63,404 nucleotides of DNA from Gemmatimonas sp. Its GTDB lineage: Bacteria; Gemmatimonadota; Gemmatimonadetes; Gemmatimonadales; Gemmatimonadaceae. The stretch is taken from positions 1-63,404 of the forward strand of contig JANNVQ010000027.1 in the NCBI GenBank assembly GCA_031414535.1. Reading direction: 5' to 3'. Positions 30,251 through 38,624 of the stretch are shown in pieces. The notes under the pieces are model-generated. The model did no database searches, was not told the DNA's origin, and was given only the letters and a program-made list of their open reading frames with translations. The position numbers and the translations under genes were made by a program. Each line of letters begins with the position of its first letter. The first letter of the stretch is position 1.

Positions 30251-31351
30251 ATGCTCAGTCTCGGAATCGTCGGGCTCCCGAACGTCGGCAAGAGCTCCCT
30301 GTTCAACGCGCTCACCGCCGCCAAGGCCGAAGCCGCGAACTATCCTTTTTGCACCATTGATCCCAACATCGGCGTCGTGAACGTGCCGGATCCTCGCCTC
30401 GACAAGCTCGCCGAGATCGTGGTTCCAGAGCGCACCGTGGCTGCCAACGTACAGTTCGTGGACATCGCAGGGCTCGTGAAGGGCGCGAGCACGGGTGAAG
30501 GCCGCGGCAACGCGTTCCTTTCCAACATTCGTGAAACGGACGCCATCGTGCACGTCGTGCGTTGCTTTGACGACGACGACGTGATTCACGTGGATGGCTC
30601 GGTGGATCCGGTGCGTGACCGCGCGACGATTGAGTTTGAACTCGCGCTCGCGGATCTCACCGTGGTGGAGAAGCGTCTCGACAAAGCCAAGCGCGCCGCA
30701 AAGACTGGCGACAAGGTCGCGGCCACGGAGGTCGCATCGCTGGAGAAGGCGCACAAGCCGCTCTCCGAAGGCCAAGCGCTCTGGCACGTGACGCTCTCAC
30801 CAGAAGATCGCGAACAGCTGAAGGGGCTGCAGTTGCTCACGCTCAAGCCGATTCTCTACGCGGCCAACGTGACCGACGCGGAGTTGATGGGCGCCGAAGG
30901 GCCGCACGTGAAGGCGCTGCGCGCGGCCATCGCCGCGGATCACGAGCCGGCGGAAGTCGTGACCTTCTCGGCGAAGATTGAAATGGAACTCGCCGAGCTT
31001 CCGCCCGATGACAAGAAGGAGTTCCTCGCCTCGCTCGGAATCGATACTGCGGGCCTCGATCGCTTGATTCGTGGCGGCTATCACCTGCTCGGCCTGCAGA
31101 CCTACTTCACGGCGGGTGAGAAGGAAGTGCGCGCCTGGACCATCAAGCAGGGCGATACAGCGCCGAAGGCGGCGGGCGTCATTCACACCGACTTCGAAAA
31201 GGGTTTCATCCGCGCGGAAACGGTGAGCTTCACGGACTTTGTCGCGCTCGGCGGTTGGAAGCCGGCGCGTGAAAAGGGCGTGGCGCGAGCGGAAGGCAAG
31301 GAGTATGTGATGGCGGATGGGGATGTGGTGCTGTTTCGATTCAATGTGTGA
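30251..31351 (+). CDS. ychF: Redox-regulated Obg-like ATPase YchF
   Basis: [48 protein letters not shown]. Confidence 0.97.
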   Translation: MLSLGIVGLPNVGKSSLFNALTAAKAEAANYPFCTIDPNIGVVNVPDPRLDKLAEIVVPERTVAANVQFVDIAGLVKGASTGEGRGNAFLSNIRETDAIVHVVRCFDDDDVIHVDGSVDPVRDRATIEFELALADLTVVEKRLDKAKRAAKTGDKVAATEVASLEKAHKPLSEGQALWHVTLSPEDREQLKGLQLLTLKPILYAANVTDAELMGAEGPHVKALRAAIAADHEPAEVVTFSAKIEMELAELPPDDKKEFLASLGIDTAGLDRLIRGGYHLLGLQTYFTAGEKEVRAWTIKQGDTAPKAAGVIHTDFEKGFIRAETVSFTDFVALGGWKPAREKGVARAEGKEYVMADGDVVLFRFNV

Positions 31352-31355
31352 GTAC

Positions 31356-31419
31356 TGGACGGAAGACGGATGACGGGTGCAAACTGCTCTCTATGCATCC
31401 GTCATCCATCATCCGTCCA
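31356..31419. repeat. Heptamer-arm inverted repeat element, copy E (overlaps start of next CDS)
   Basis: TGGACGGAAGACGGATGACGGGTGCA ... TGCATCCGTCATCCATCATCCGTCCA; starts 4 nt after the ychF stop. Confidence 0.9.
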
Positions 31420-32262
31420 ATTGCCATCACCGGCCTCGTCGTCGCGCTCGCGGCTTCGGCACACGCGCAACGCACACCTTCCCCTGGCTCTCTCGACTCC
31501 GCGCTCGCCGTCGTCGCTCGAGCGCCCGATGACTTGAACGCCATCGTCTGGCATGGGCGCTTTGTCGGCTACACGGGCGACTTCGAGCGTGCGGTGGGCA
31601 TCTACACCGCCGCCTTGGCCACGCGACCAGAAGAGCCTTGGCTACTCCGGCACCGAGGGCATCGCTATTTATCGTTGCGCCGCTTCGATGCAGCAATCGC
31701 CGACCTTCGGCGCGCCTACGATATCACGAGTTTCCGCGCGGACGAGGTCGAGCCCGATGGCATGCCCAACCCGCGCGGCATTCCCACGAGCTCGCTCAAG
31801 TCCAACATCCGCTACCACCTCGCGCTCGCGCATTTCCTCGAAGGCGGGTTCGCGGCTGCGGCGAGTTATTGGGAAGAGGATGCCAAAGTCGCCGCGAATT
31901 TGGACTCTCGTGTAGCGGCAACGTTTTGGTGGGTGCTCGCGCTGGCGCGCGCCGGCGAGATGGACCGTGCCCGGGCCGCCCTCACGCCAATCAGCGCCGA
32001 CTGGGAGATCGTCGAGAATGGCAGTTATCACCTTGGCCTGCTCTGGATGAAGGGCCAAGTCACGGACGCCGAAATCCGGGCCGCGATGACGAGCTCGGCG
32101 GAGCGCCAAGCCATCGGCAACGGCATCGCCCAGTGGCATATGGCCATGGGCCGACGCGAGCAAGCAGCCGCCGCAGTCCGAGAGGTCCTAGCCACCGGCC
32201 CCTCGGCGAGCTTTGGGTACTTGGGGGCAGAAGCTTTGGCGCGGGAGCTGGGTCTCAGGTAA
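31393..32262 (+). CDS. Secreted TPR protein
   Basis: Signal peptide (ASAHA-Q); TPR motifs RHRGHRYLSLRRF..AIAD, EPDG.PN, NIRYHLAL. Alternative GTG start at 31348. Confidence 0.8.
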   Translation: MHPSSIIRPIAITGLVVALAASAHAQRTPSPGSLDSALAVVARAPDDLNAIVWHGRFVGYTGDFERAVGIYTAALATRPEEPWLLRHRGHRYLSLRRFDAAIADLRRAYDITSFRADEVEPDGMPNPRGIPTSSLKSNIRYHLALAHFLEGGFAAAASYWEEDAKVAANLDSRVAATFWWVLALARAGEMDRARAALTPISADWEIVENGSYHLGLLWMKGQVTDAEIRAAMTSSAERQAIGNGIAQWHMAMGRREQAAAAVREVLATGPSASFGYLGAEALARELGLR

Positions 32263-32263
32263 C

Positions 32264-32322
32264 TGGACGGAAGACGGATGCAGCACGGCCCGCAGTAGCA
32301 TCCGTCATCCGTCTTCCGTCCA
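32264..32322. repeat. Heptamer-arm inverted repeat element, copy F (left arm one unit shorter)
   Basis: TGGACGGAAGACGGATGC ... TAGCATCCGTCATCCGTCTTCCGTCCA; starts 1 nt after the TPR gene stop. Confidence 0.9.
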
Positions 32323-32333
32323 ACAATCTGAAC

Positions 32334-32362
32334 TTGCCCTAACCGTCCACCCAGCCTACATT
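32334..32362 (+). promoter_or_regulatory. sigma70-like promoter of the rpsF operon
   Basis: TTGCCC-17 nt-TACATT. Confidence 0.55.
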
Positions 32363-32404
32363 TATGGGCTGTTCCAAGCTGTACTCACAATCGCGAGCGC
32401 ACTG

Positions 32405-32462
32405 CTCGCCCCTCCGCCTGTGTCGGCAACCCACGGGTGGCGGAAACGACCAAAGGGAGGAT
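32405..32462 (+). promoter_or_regulatory. Candidate S6:S18 ribosomal-protein leader RNA
   Basis: C-rich motif (CGCCCCT) plus stem CCGCCTGTG/CACGGGTGG just upstream of SD GGGAGG of rpsF. Confidence 0.5.
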
Positions 32463-32469
32463 TGCCGCA

Positions 32470-32835
32470 TTGTCTCGTGAATACGAGGCGGTGTACATCT
32501 TCGATTCTGCACTCGAAGACACCGCCATTGCCGACAAGCTCGCGAAGCACCACGGGCTGCTCGGTCTCGCTGAGCCCGCGACCCTAGATCTCTGGGGCCG
32601 CCGCCAGCTTGCTTACAAGATCCGCAACAAGGAAGCCGGCTATTATGTGGTCGCCCGCTTCACCGCCGACGGCAAGGTCCTGCCGGAGTTCGAGCGTTCG
32701 CTGAAGCTCGACGACGGCGTCATCCGCTATCTCATCTCGGTGCACGAGCATGAGCTCGGCGCCCCGCCGATGACCGAAGAGCAGCTCGCCGCGCGCCGTG
32801 CGCGTGATGGCGACGACGACGACGACGAGGAATAG
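32470..32835 (+). CDS. rpsF: 30S ribosomal protein S6
   Basis: REYEAVYI, WGRRQLAYKI, GYY, VIRYL; acidic tail; TTG start after GGGAGG. Confidence 0.95.
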   Translation: MSREYEAVYIFDSALEDTAIADKLAKHHGLLGLAEPATLDLWGRRQLAYKIRNKEAGYYVVARFTADGKVLPEFERSLKLDDGVIRYLISVHEHELGAPPMTEEQLAARRARDGDDDDDEE

Positions 32836-32839
32836 ACAC

Positions 32840-33064
32840 ATGCGCCGTAACAAGAAGGTGTGCCCGGTCACGGAAGCCGGCATCCGTTTCATCGATTACA
32901 AGGACGAGCGTTTCCTTTCCCGCTTTGTGACGGACACGGGAAAGATTCTCCCGAGCCGTTTGAGCGGCGTGGACGCCCGTCACCAGCGTCAGCTGTGCAA
33001 GGCAATCAAGAAGGCGCGCTACTTGGCGCTCCTTGGGTACACGCGCGGTCAGCAGGCGCAGTAA
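32840..33064 (+). CDS. rpsR: 30S ribosomal protein S18
   Basis: IDYKD...L.RFV...GKILP.R.SG...HQR.L..AIKKAR.LALL. Confidence 0.96.
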   Translation: MRRNKKVCPVTEAGIRFIDYKDERFLSRFVTDTGKILPSRLSGVDARHQRQLCKAIKKARYLALLGYTRGQQAQ

Positions 33065-33083
33065 GCAAAGCACCGTTTTCCAC

Positions 33084-34112
33084 GTGACCGAGGAGTTGGG
33101 CGCGGCTCAACCGCGTGAGCAAGGTTGGTGGGGACCCGTCCTCGCCTTCTTTGCCCTGTTGTTCCTCCCGGCGGCGCCGCCGTTTGCGCTGCTGCTGCCG
33201 GTGGATCAAATCCTGATTCTGCTCGCTCCTGCATTGGCGATGGCTGCCGTGGCGGGATGGCGAAACGGGGGCCGAGTGGCCCTCGCGGTCACGTGGACGC
33301 TGTTTGCGGTGTGGGTGGTGTGGGTGCCGGGAGAGCCGTCTCCCTTCGAGCTCTTAGCTCGCGGATGGGCGGTGCTACTGGCAGCGAGCTTCGCTGGCTC
33401 GCTGGTCCTGAGTGGAGAGTGGACGTTTCTCCCTCGGGCTTTGCTAGCGATTCTTGCAGCGCTGGTGCTAAGCCTGCTGTTGGTGAGCTTCACCGACGGT
33501 GGATTGGCAACGGTGGCGGGTGTGGTCTCGGAGGAGTTCGCGCGTCGCAGCCAAGAGATGCAGGCGGCGTGGCGCGAGTTCACCGCGCAGCCCCAGTGGC
33601 AAGCTCTCGCAAAGGACAACGCGGGAGCCGACCAACTGGCGGCGCAGGTGGAAGCGCAGTTCACCGCGCTCCCCACGGCGGCGCGGGCGCTGGTGCCGGC
33701 TATGCTGGCGCTGGAATCGCTCGCAGTGCTGGCGCTCTCCTGGGCTCTCTACCACCGGTTTGGTCGGGCGCGATTAGGCCCGCCACTCAGTTCGCTGCGG
33801 GAAATGCGATTCAACGATGCCCTCGTGTGGGGACTCATCGGTGGCTTGCTCGTGCTCGTGGTCCCGATGCCAAACGTCGTCGCGGCGTTCGGCGTCAACA
33901 GCCTGGTGTTTTTCGGCGCCCTGTACGCGCTTCGCGGACTTGGTGTCTTGGTGTGGTTTCTCGCACCGGGACGATGGATGGCGGTGTTGTGGTCCATCGT
34001 GCTGGTGATGTTTTGGTCTGTTATCGCAGCGGTCGCCCTCGTCATTGGCGTGGGAGACACTTGGCTCGACTGGCGACGCCGGCCGCGGCCGCAATCCCAA
34101 CGTTCGGAGTAA
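33084..34112 (+). CDS. DUF2232/YybS-like membrane protein
   Basis: Multi-TM protein between rpsR and rplI; C-terminal G.GD.W.D.R; start uncertain. Confidence 0.75.
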   Translation: MTEELGAAQPREQGWWGPVLAFFALLFLPAAPPFALLLPVDQILILLAPALAMAAVAGWRNGGRVALAVTWTLFAVWVVWVPGEPSPFELLARGWAVLLAASFAGSLVLSGEWTFLPRALLAILAALVLSLLLVSFTDGGLATVAGVVSEEFARRSQEMQAAWREFTAQPQWQALAKDNAGADQLAAQVEAQFTALPTAARALVPAMLALESLAVLALSWALYHRFGRARLGPPLSSLREMRFNDALVWGLIGGLLVLVVPMPNVVAAFGVNSLVFFGALYALRGLGVLVWFLAPGRWMAVLWSIVLVMFWSVIAAVALVIGVGDTWLDWRRRPRPQSQRSE

Positions 34113-34115
34113 GCA

Positions 34116-34562
34116 ATGGAAGTCATTCTTCGTCAGGCGGTAGACAACCTCGGACATCCGGGCGACATCGTCGACGTGTCCGCTGGCTACGCACGCAACT
34201 TCCTGCTCCCGCGTGGCATCGCGTACGAAGCGACTGCCGGGAACAAGAAGAAGATCGCGCAGGAAAAGGAGCGGCTCGAGGCCGCCGAGAACGCTCGTCG
34301 CGACGCGGCCGCCAGCATCGCCAAGCGTCTCGAGGAAGTCTCGCTCACCTTCTCGGCCAAGGTCGGCGAGGAAGGCAAGCTCTTCGGGTCCGTCACCTCG
34401 GGTGATATCCATCACCAGCTCGAGGCGCAGGGCTTCAAGGAAGTCGAGAAGCGTATGATTGACCTCCACGAGCCCATCAAGGCGCTCGGCGTCTACAAGG
34501 TCGCCATCCGCCTTCACGCCGACGTGAAGCCAGAGATCAAGGTCTGGGTCATCAAGGGCTAA
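34116..34562 (+). CDS. rplI: 50S ribosomal protein L9
   Basis: MEVIL, LG..GDIV.V..GYARNFLLP, GKLFGSVT, PIKALG. Confidence 0.97.
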   Translation: MEVILRQAVDNLGHPGDIVDVSAGYARNFLLPRGIAYEATAGNKKKIAQEKERLEAAENARRDAAASIAKRLEEVSLTFSAKVGEEGKLFGSVTSGDIHHQLEAQGFKEVEKRMIDLHEPIKALGVYKVAIRLHADVKPEIKVWVIKG

Positions 34563-34582
34563 GCCCGCGAGACTCGCTGGAC

Positions 34583-34622
34583 CAGCACCGGGGGCGGACC
34601 AAATGGTCTGCCCCCGGTGCTG
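34583..34622 (+). terminator. Strong hairpin after rplI
   Basis: CAGCACCGGGGGCGGACC-AAAT-GGTCTGCCCCCGGTGCTG 18-bp stem; weak U tail. Confidence 0.6.
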
Positions 34623-34660
34623 CGTTCCGCCGTGTCCGTGTCTGTGAACAGCAAACGGCG

Positions 34661-34878
34661 AACTGCTTCACCACGGAGGCACGGAGGCGCAGAGAACGGC
34701 GGAAAGCCGAAATACTTTGGGGAACTACCACAGCGGTTCGTCTTCACAGAGCCCTCGCGATGCCTCCGTTTCAGTTCCCCCAAGCCCTCGCCGTTTCGCA
34801 GTTGCAGCTCCACCAAGCCCTTGTCGTCCCGTCGTTGCAGTCTCCGAGCCTCCGTGCCTCCGTGGTGAATAGGCAGTT
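34661..34878. repeat. Octamer-arm inverted repeat element (family 2), copy 1
   Basis: TTCACCACGGAGGCACGGAGGCGCAGAGA (34667-34695) ... TCTCCGAGCCTCCGTGCCTCCGTGGTGAA (34841-34869), 27/29 complementary; outer AACTGC/GCAGTT. Confidence 0.88.
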
Positions 34879-34996
34879 GGTCTATGAACCAGTCCGAGAC
34901 CAGCGTGTCCCACGTCACTTGCCCCTCACCCCACAGAGGGGAACCTTTCCTCTGCACACGGGTTCGCATTCTTAAATCCCCGCTTCACCACCTAGA

Positions 34997-35359
34997 ATGG
35001 CCGTCAAAAAAACCTCCCCGTCGATGACCGCAGCCCGGCGTGCCGCGCAGATCCTGCTCGACAACAAGGCCAATGACGTCCTCGTGCTCGATCTCCGCCC
35101 GGTGACCGACATGGCCGACTTCTTCATTGTGGCCAGCGGTACCTCCGACACGCACGTGCGCGCCAGCGCCGGCCACGTCGTGGAGACCCTGAAGAAGGAG
35201 GGGATGAAGGTCCGTTCCGTCGAGGGATTCGAACAAGGGCGATGGGTCTTGCTCGATTACGTGGATTTCGTCGTGCACGTGTTTCACCCCACGCTCCGCT
35301 CCTTCTATCAGCTCGAACGGCTCTGGGGCGATGCCCCAGCAGTCGCCGTCACCGCCTGA
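34997..35359 (+). CDS. rsfS: Ribosome silencing factor
   Basis: DNKA.DV.VLDL, DFFIVASG.S..HV, W.LLDY.D.VVHVF, R.FYQLERLW. Confidence 0.95.
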   Translation: MAVKKTSPSMTAARRAAQILLDNKANDVLVLDLRPVTDMADFFIVASGTSDTHVRASAGHVVETLKKEGMKVRSVEGFEQGRWVLLDYVDFVVHVFHPTLRSFYQLERLWGDAPAVAVTA

Positions 35360-35367
35360 GGGCACCG

Positions 35368-38300
35368 ATGCGTCGCTGGCTCCTTCCTCTCGCTCTGTTG
35401 GCTTTCGCGTTCGCCGGCTCTGAGCTCGGCGCGCAGGGTGGGTACTTCGGCCAAAACCAGGTCCAGTACCGCAAGTTTCGCTGGCAAATCCTGCGGACGG
35501 CGCACTTCGACGTGCACTACTACCCAGAGCTGGAAGAGGTCGCGCGCTACACGGGCCAGATGGCCGAGCGCTCGTACGAGCGCCTGCGTCGCATCCTCGG
35601 CCACGAGTTCCGCGAGCGCAAACCCATCATCCTGTACGGCTCGCGCAACGAGTTCGCGCAGAACAACGTCATCGGCGATGCGGGTGAAGGCACGCTCGGC
35701 GTGACCGACGCCCTGCGGCAGCGCAACATGTTCTTCTTCGCCGGCGACATGCGGCAGTCGGAACACACGCTGGCGCACGAGATGGTGCACGTGTTCCAGT
35801 ACGACATCTTTGCCCGCGGCCGCGCTGGGAACGGTCTCCAGCAACTCGCACAGGTGCAGCCACCGCTCTGGTTCATTGAGGGCATGGCGGAGTACCTCAC
35901 CAACGGACCCGGCCATAAGGCGACCGCAGCCGTGATGCGCGACGCCGCGCTCAACGGCAACATCCCCAGCGTTGAGCAGATGACGACGCGTCCGGACCAG
36001 TTCTTCCCCTATCGCTTTGGCCAGTCGTTCTGGGAGTTCGTGGCCAATCGTTGGGGCGACGAGGTCGTCGGCGAAATCATGAACGCCTCCGTGTCACTCG
36101 GCATCGATCGCTCGTTCCGGCGCTACACGGGCACGGACATCGAGGACCTCGGTGAAGAGTGGAAGGAGCACGTCCAGAATACGTACCTGCCGCAGGTCGC
36201 CCAGTTGGAGCGGCCGCGGCGCGTGGCGCAGCCGCTGCTCAACCAGCGACGCACTGGCGGACTCGTGAACGTGTACGTGGCGCCTGCCCTCTCGCCCGAT
36301 GGCCGCCAGATTGCCTTCATCTCGTTGGGTTCCTTGCTGCGCGCGGAGGTCTTCCTCGACCTGTACATCGCCGACGCCAACACGGGCAAGCGCAAGGCGC
36401 GCCTCACTAAGAGCACGCTCAATCCCGAGTACGAGGAGCTGCGCTACGGGTATTCGCAGGGGGCTTTCTCGCCCGATGGCCGCTACTTCGCGTTCACGGC
36501 ACAGCGCGAGGGCAAGGACGTCCTCTACATCCACGACGTGCGCCGCAATCGCACGCACCGTCGTTTGGAGTCTCGTCTCACGGCCATGATTGGACCGACC
36601 TGGTCACCGGACGGCCGACGCATCGTGTTCTCCGGACTCGCCAACGGCGTCACCGACCTGTACATGATTGACGTGGACGGACGAAACCTGCGGCAGCTCA
36701 CCGACGATCCGTTCGGAGATTTGCAACCCTCCTGGTCACCGGACGGCAGGTCCATCGCGTTCGCGAGCGAGCGTGGGCCGCAGTCAGATCTGGCCACGCT
36801 CAAGTTCGGCGAGTGGCAAATCAGCATTCTCGATCTCGAGACGAACGACGTGCGTGTCCTGCCGAGCCAAGCGGGCAAGAACTTGAATCCCCAATGGTCG
36901 CCCGACGGCCAGGCCGTCGCGTTTCTCTCCGACCGCACGGGGATCGCGCAATTGTTTTTGTTTGAGCTCGCGCAGGACCAGCATTACCAGCTGACAAAAT
37001 TCGTGGGCGGTATCTCGTCCCTGACGGAGCACAGCCCGGCGATTTCATGGGCGCGCCAGGCGGACAAGCTGGCCTTTGTGTATCAGGATGACGGTAACTA
37101 CCAAGTGTGGTCGATTGTCGATCCGCGCTCCCTCAAGAAGGAGCCGTTCCAAGTCTCCCCGACGGTGGTGGCCACGGCAGATTCAGCGAGTCGTGCGCAG
37201 CAGTCGGCCGCGGAGATGGCGGAGGCGGCGCGGATTTCGGCGGACTCCGCCGCCGCGCGTGCCGCGCGCTCAACGGCACCGGCGCGCCGTCAGTCGGTGT
37301 ACCTCGGCAGCACGGGGTGGCGTCCGGGGGCCGCCTTGGTCACGGGACCGGGCAGCGGCGTCTCCATCGCGGTGCTCAACGACAGTGCGCAACTCGCCTT
37401 GCCCGATGCCTCTACATTCGTGGTCAGTCGCTACCGTGCTTCATTGCGCCCCGAGTACGTCGCGCGACCGCAAGTGGGCTACGCCCAGGACAACTTCGGG
37501 CGCGGCGTATTCGGTCAGACGGCCATCGTGCTCTCGGACATGGTTGGCAATCGGCGATTGATGCTCGCGGGTGGTATCAACGGCCGTGTTTCCGAGGCCC
37601 AAGTGTTCGCGATGTACAGCGACTACGGGTCGCGGCAGCAGTGGTCGGCCGGCGTCCAACAATACCCATTCTTCTTCCTTGAAGGCTTCAACCAGAGTCA
37701 GAACGGCAGCATTTTCACCGATGAACAGGTGCTTGCGCGCTTCATCGCGCGGTCGGCGTTGGCCAACGCGTCGTATCCGCTCAATCGTTTCACGCGCTTC
37801 GAGTACGGCGTGACGCTGAACAACGTGGATCGCTCGCGGATGTACGTCTCGCAGCAGTTCGACCTGAATTCAGGATTCTCCACTGGCTTCTTCATCGACT
37901 CCATCGTCAATCAAGCCTCGCTGAACTACGCGGCGCCGTATGTGGCTATGGTGTCTGACAACTCGCTGATGGGTGCCACCGGCGGCATCTATGGCCGGCG
38001 CTGGCGTTTTCAGGCGGAACTCGCGCAGGGCACGGTGAAGTGGGCGACGTATTCGGCAGACTACCGACGCTACGATGCCATCTTGTTCAACTTCCTTACG
38101 CTCGCCACGCGCTTTGCCGCCAATGTCTCCATTGGCCCGGACGAGTTCGCCTTCCCGAAGTTTATCGGGCGTCCTGACTTCATCCGCGGCTACGATCGCG
38201 AACGATACGCCGGGGCGCAGTGTGAGACTTCGGCGTCGAACCCTGCTGCATGCTCGGCCCTGCAGTTGCTCGGGAGCCGCGTCGCCTACGCCAACGTTGA

Positions 38301-38598
38301 ATTGCGCTTCCCATTGGTACGTCAGTTTACGCTGGGGCTGCTTCCTATCTCGCTGCCGCCCGTGGACGGCCTCGTGTTCTACGATGTTGGCGCGGCTTGG
38401 TCGCAGGACGAACGCCTCTATTTGCAGCGCCCAGATAATTACGACTTCTCGTTCCAGCGCTACCCGCTCAAGAGTTACGGCTTCGGCATTCGCCTCAACC
38501 TCTTCAACATCGCGCTAGTCCGCTGGGACTACGCCATTCCTCTCGACAGCCCGGGGCGAAAGGGATACTGGTTCTGGACCCTCGGACAGTCGTTCTAG
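35368..38598 (+). CDS. Outer-membrane Omp85/BamA-type barrel protein with N-terminal zincin peptidase and PD40 (TolB-like) propeller
   Basis: Signal peptide; HEMVH...WFIEGMAEY; repeated WSPDG; IRGY, NVELRFP, C-terminal LGQSF. Confidence 0.85.
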   Translation: MRRWLLPLALLAFAFAGSELGAQGGYFGQNQVQYRKFRWQILRTAHFDVHYYPELEEVARYTGQMAERSYERLRRILGHEFRERKPIILYGSRNEFAQNNVIGDAGEGTLGVTDALRQRNMFFFAGDMRQSEHTLAHEMVHVFQYDIFARGRAGNGLQQLAQVQPPLWFIEGMAEYLTNGPGHKATAAVMRDAALNGNIPSVEQMTTRPDQFFPYRFGQSFWEFVANRWGDEVVGEIMNASVSLGIDRSFRRYTGTDIEDLGEEWKEHVQNTYLPQVAQLERPRRVAQPLLNQRRTGGLVNVYVAPALSPDGRQIAFISLGSLLRAEVFLDLYIADANTGKRKARLTKSTLNPEYEELRYGYSQGAFSPDGRYFAFTAQREGKDVLYIHDVRRNRTHRRLESRLTAMIGPTWSPDGRRIVFSGLANGVTDLYMIDVDGRNLRQLTDDPFGDLQPSWSPDGRSIAFASERGPQSDLATLKFGEWQISILDLETNDVRVLPSQAGKNLNPQWSPDGQAVAFLSDRTGIAQLFLFELAQDQHYQLTKFVGGISSLTEHSPAISWARQADKLAFVYQDDGNYQVWSIVDPRSLKKEPFQVSPTVVATADSASRAQQSAAEMAEAARISADSAAARAARSTAPARRQSVYLGSTGWRPGAALVTGPGSGVSIAVLNDSAQLALPDASTFVVSRYRASLRPEYVARPQVGYAQDNFGRGVFGQTAIVLSDMVGNRRLMLAGGINGRVSEAQVFAMYSDYGSRQQWSAGVQQYPFFFLEGFNQSQNGSIFTDEQVLARFIARSALANASYPLNRFTRFEYGVTLNNVDRSRMYVSQQFDLNSGFSTGFFIDSIVNQASLNYAAPYVAMVSDNSLMGATGGIYGRRWRFQAELAQGTVKWATYSADYRRYDAILFNFLTLATRFAANVSIGPDEFAFPKFIGRPDFIRGYDRERYAGAQCETSASNPAACSALQLLGSRVAYANVELRFPLVRQFTLGLLPISLPPVDGLVFYDVGAAWSQDERLYLQRPDNYDFSFQRYPLKSYGFGIRLNLFNIALVRWDYAIPLDSPGRKGYWFWTLGQSF

Positions 38599-38624
38599 GG
38601 CTCGCGAGTGACTATTTTCCCAGT

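Noticed and set aside
29655..32322. Clustered repeats as a CRISPR array
   Set aside because: Repeats are inverted and dispersed with irregular spacing; no direct repeat-spacer periodicity and no cas genes.
33125..34405. 426-aa alternative-frame ORF
   Set aside because: Overlaps the DUF2232 gene and rplI; low-complexity GC artefact.
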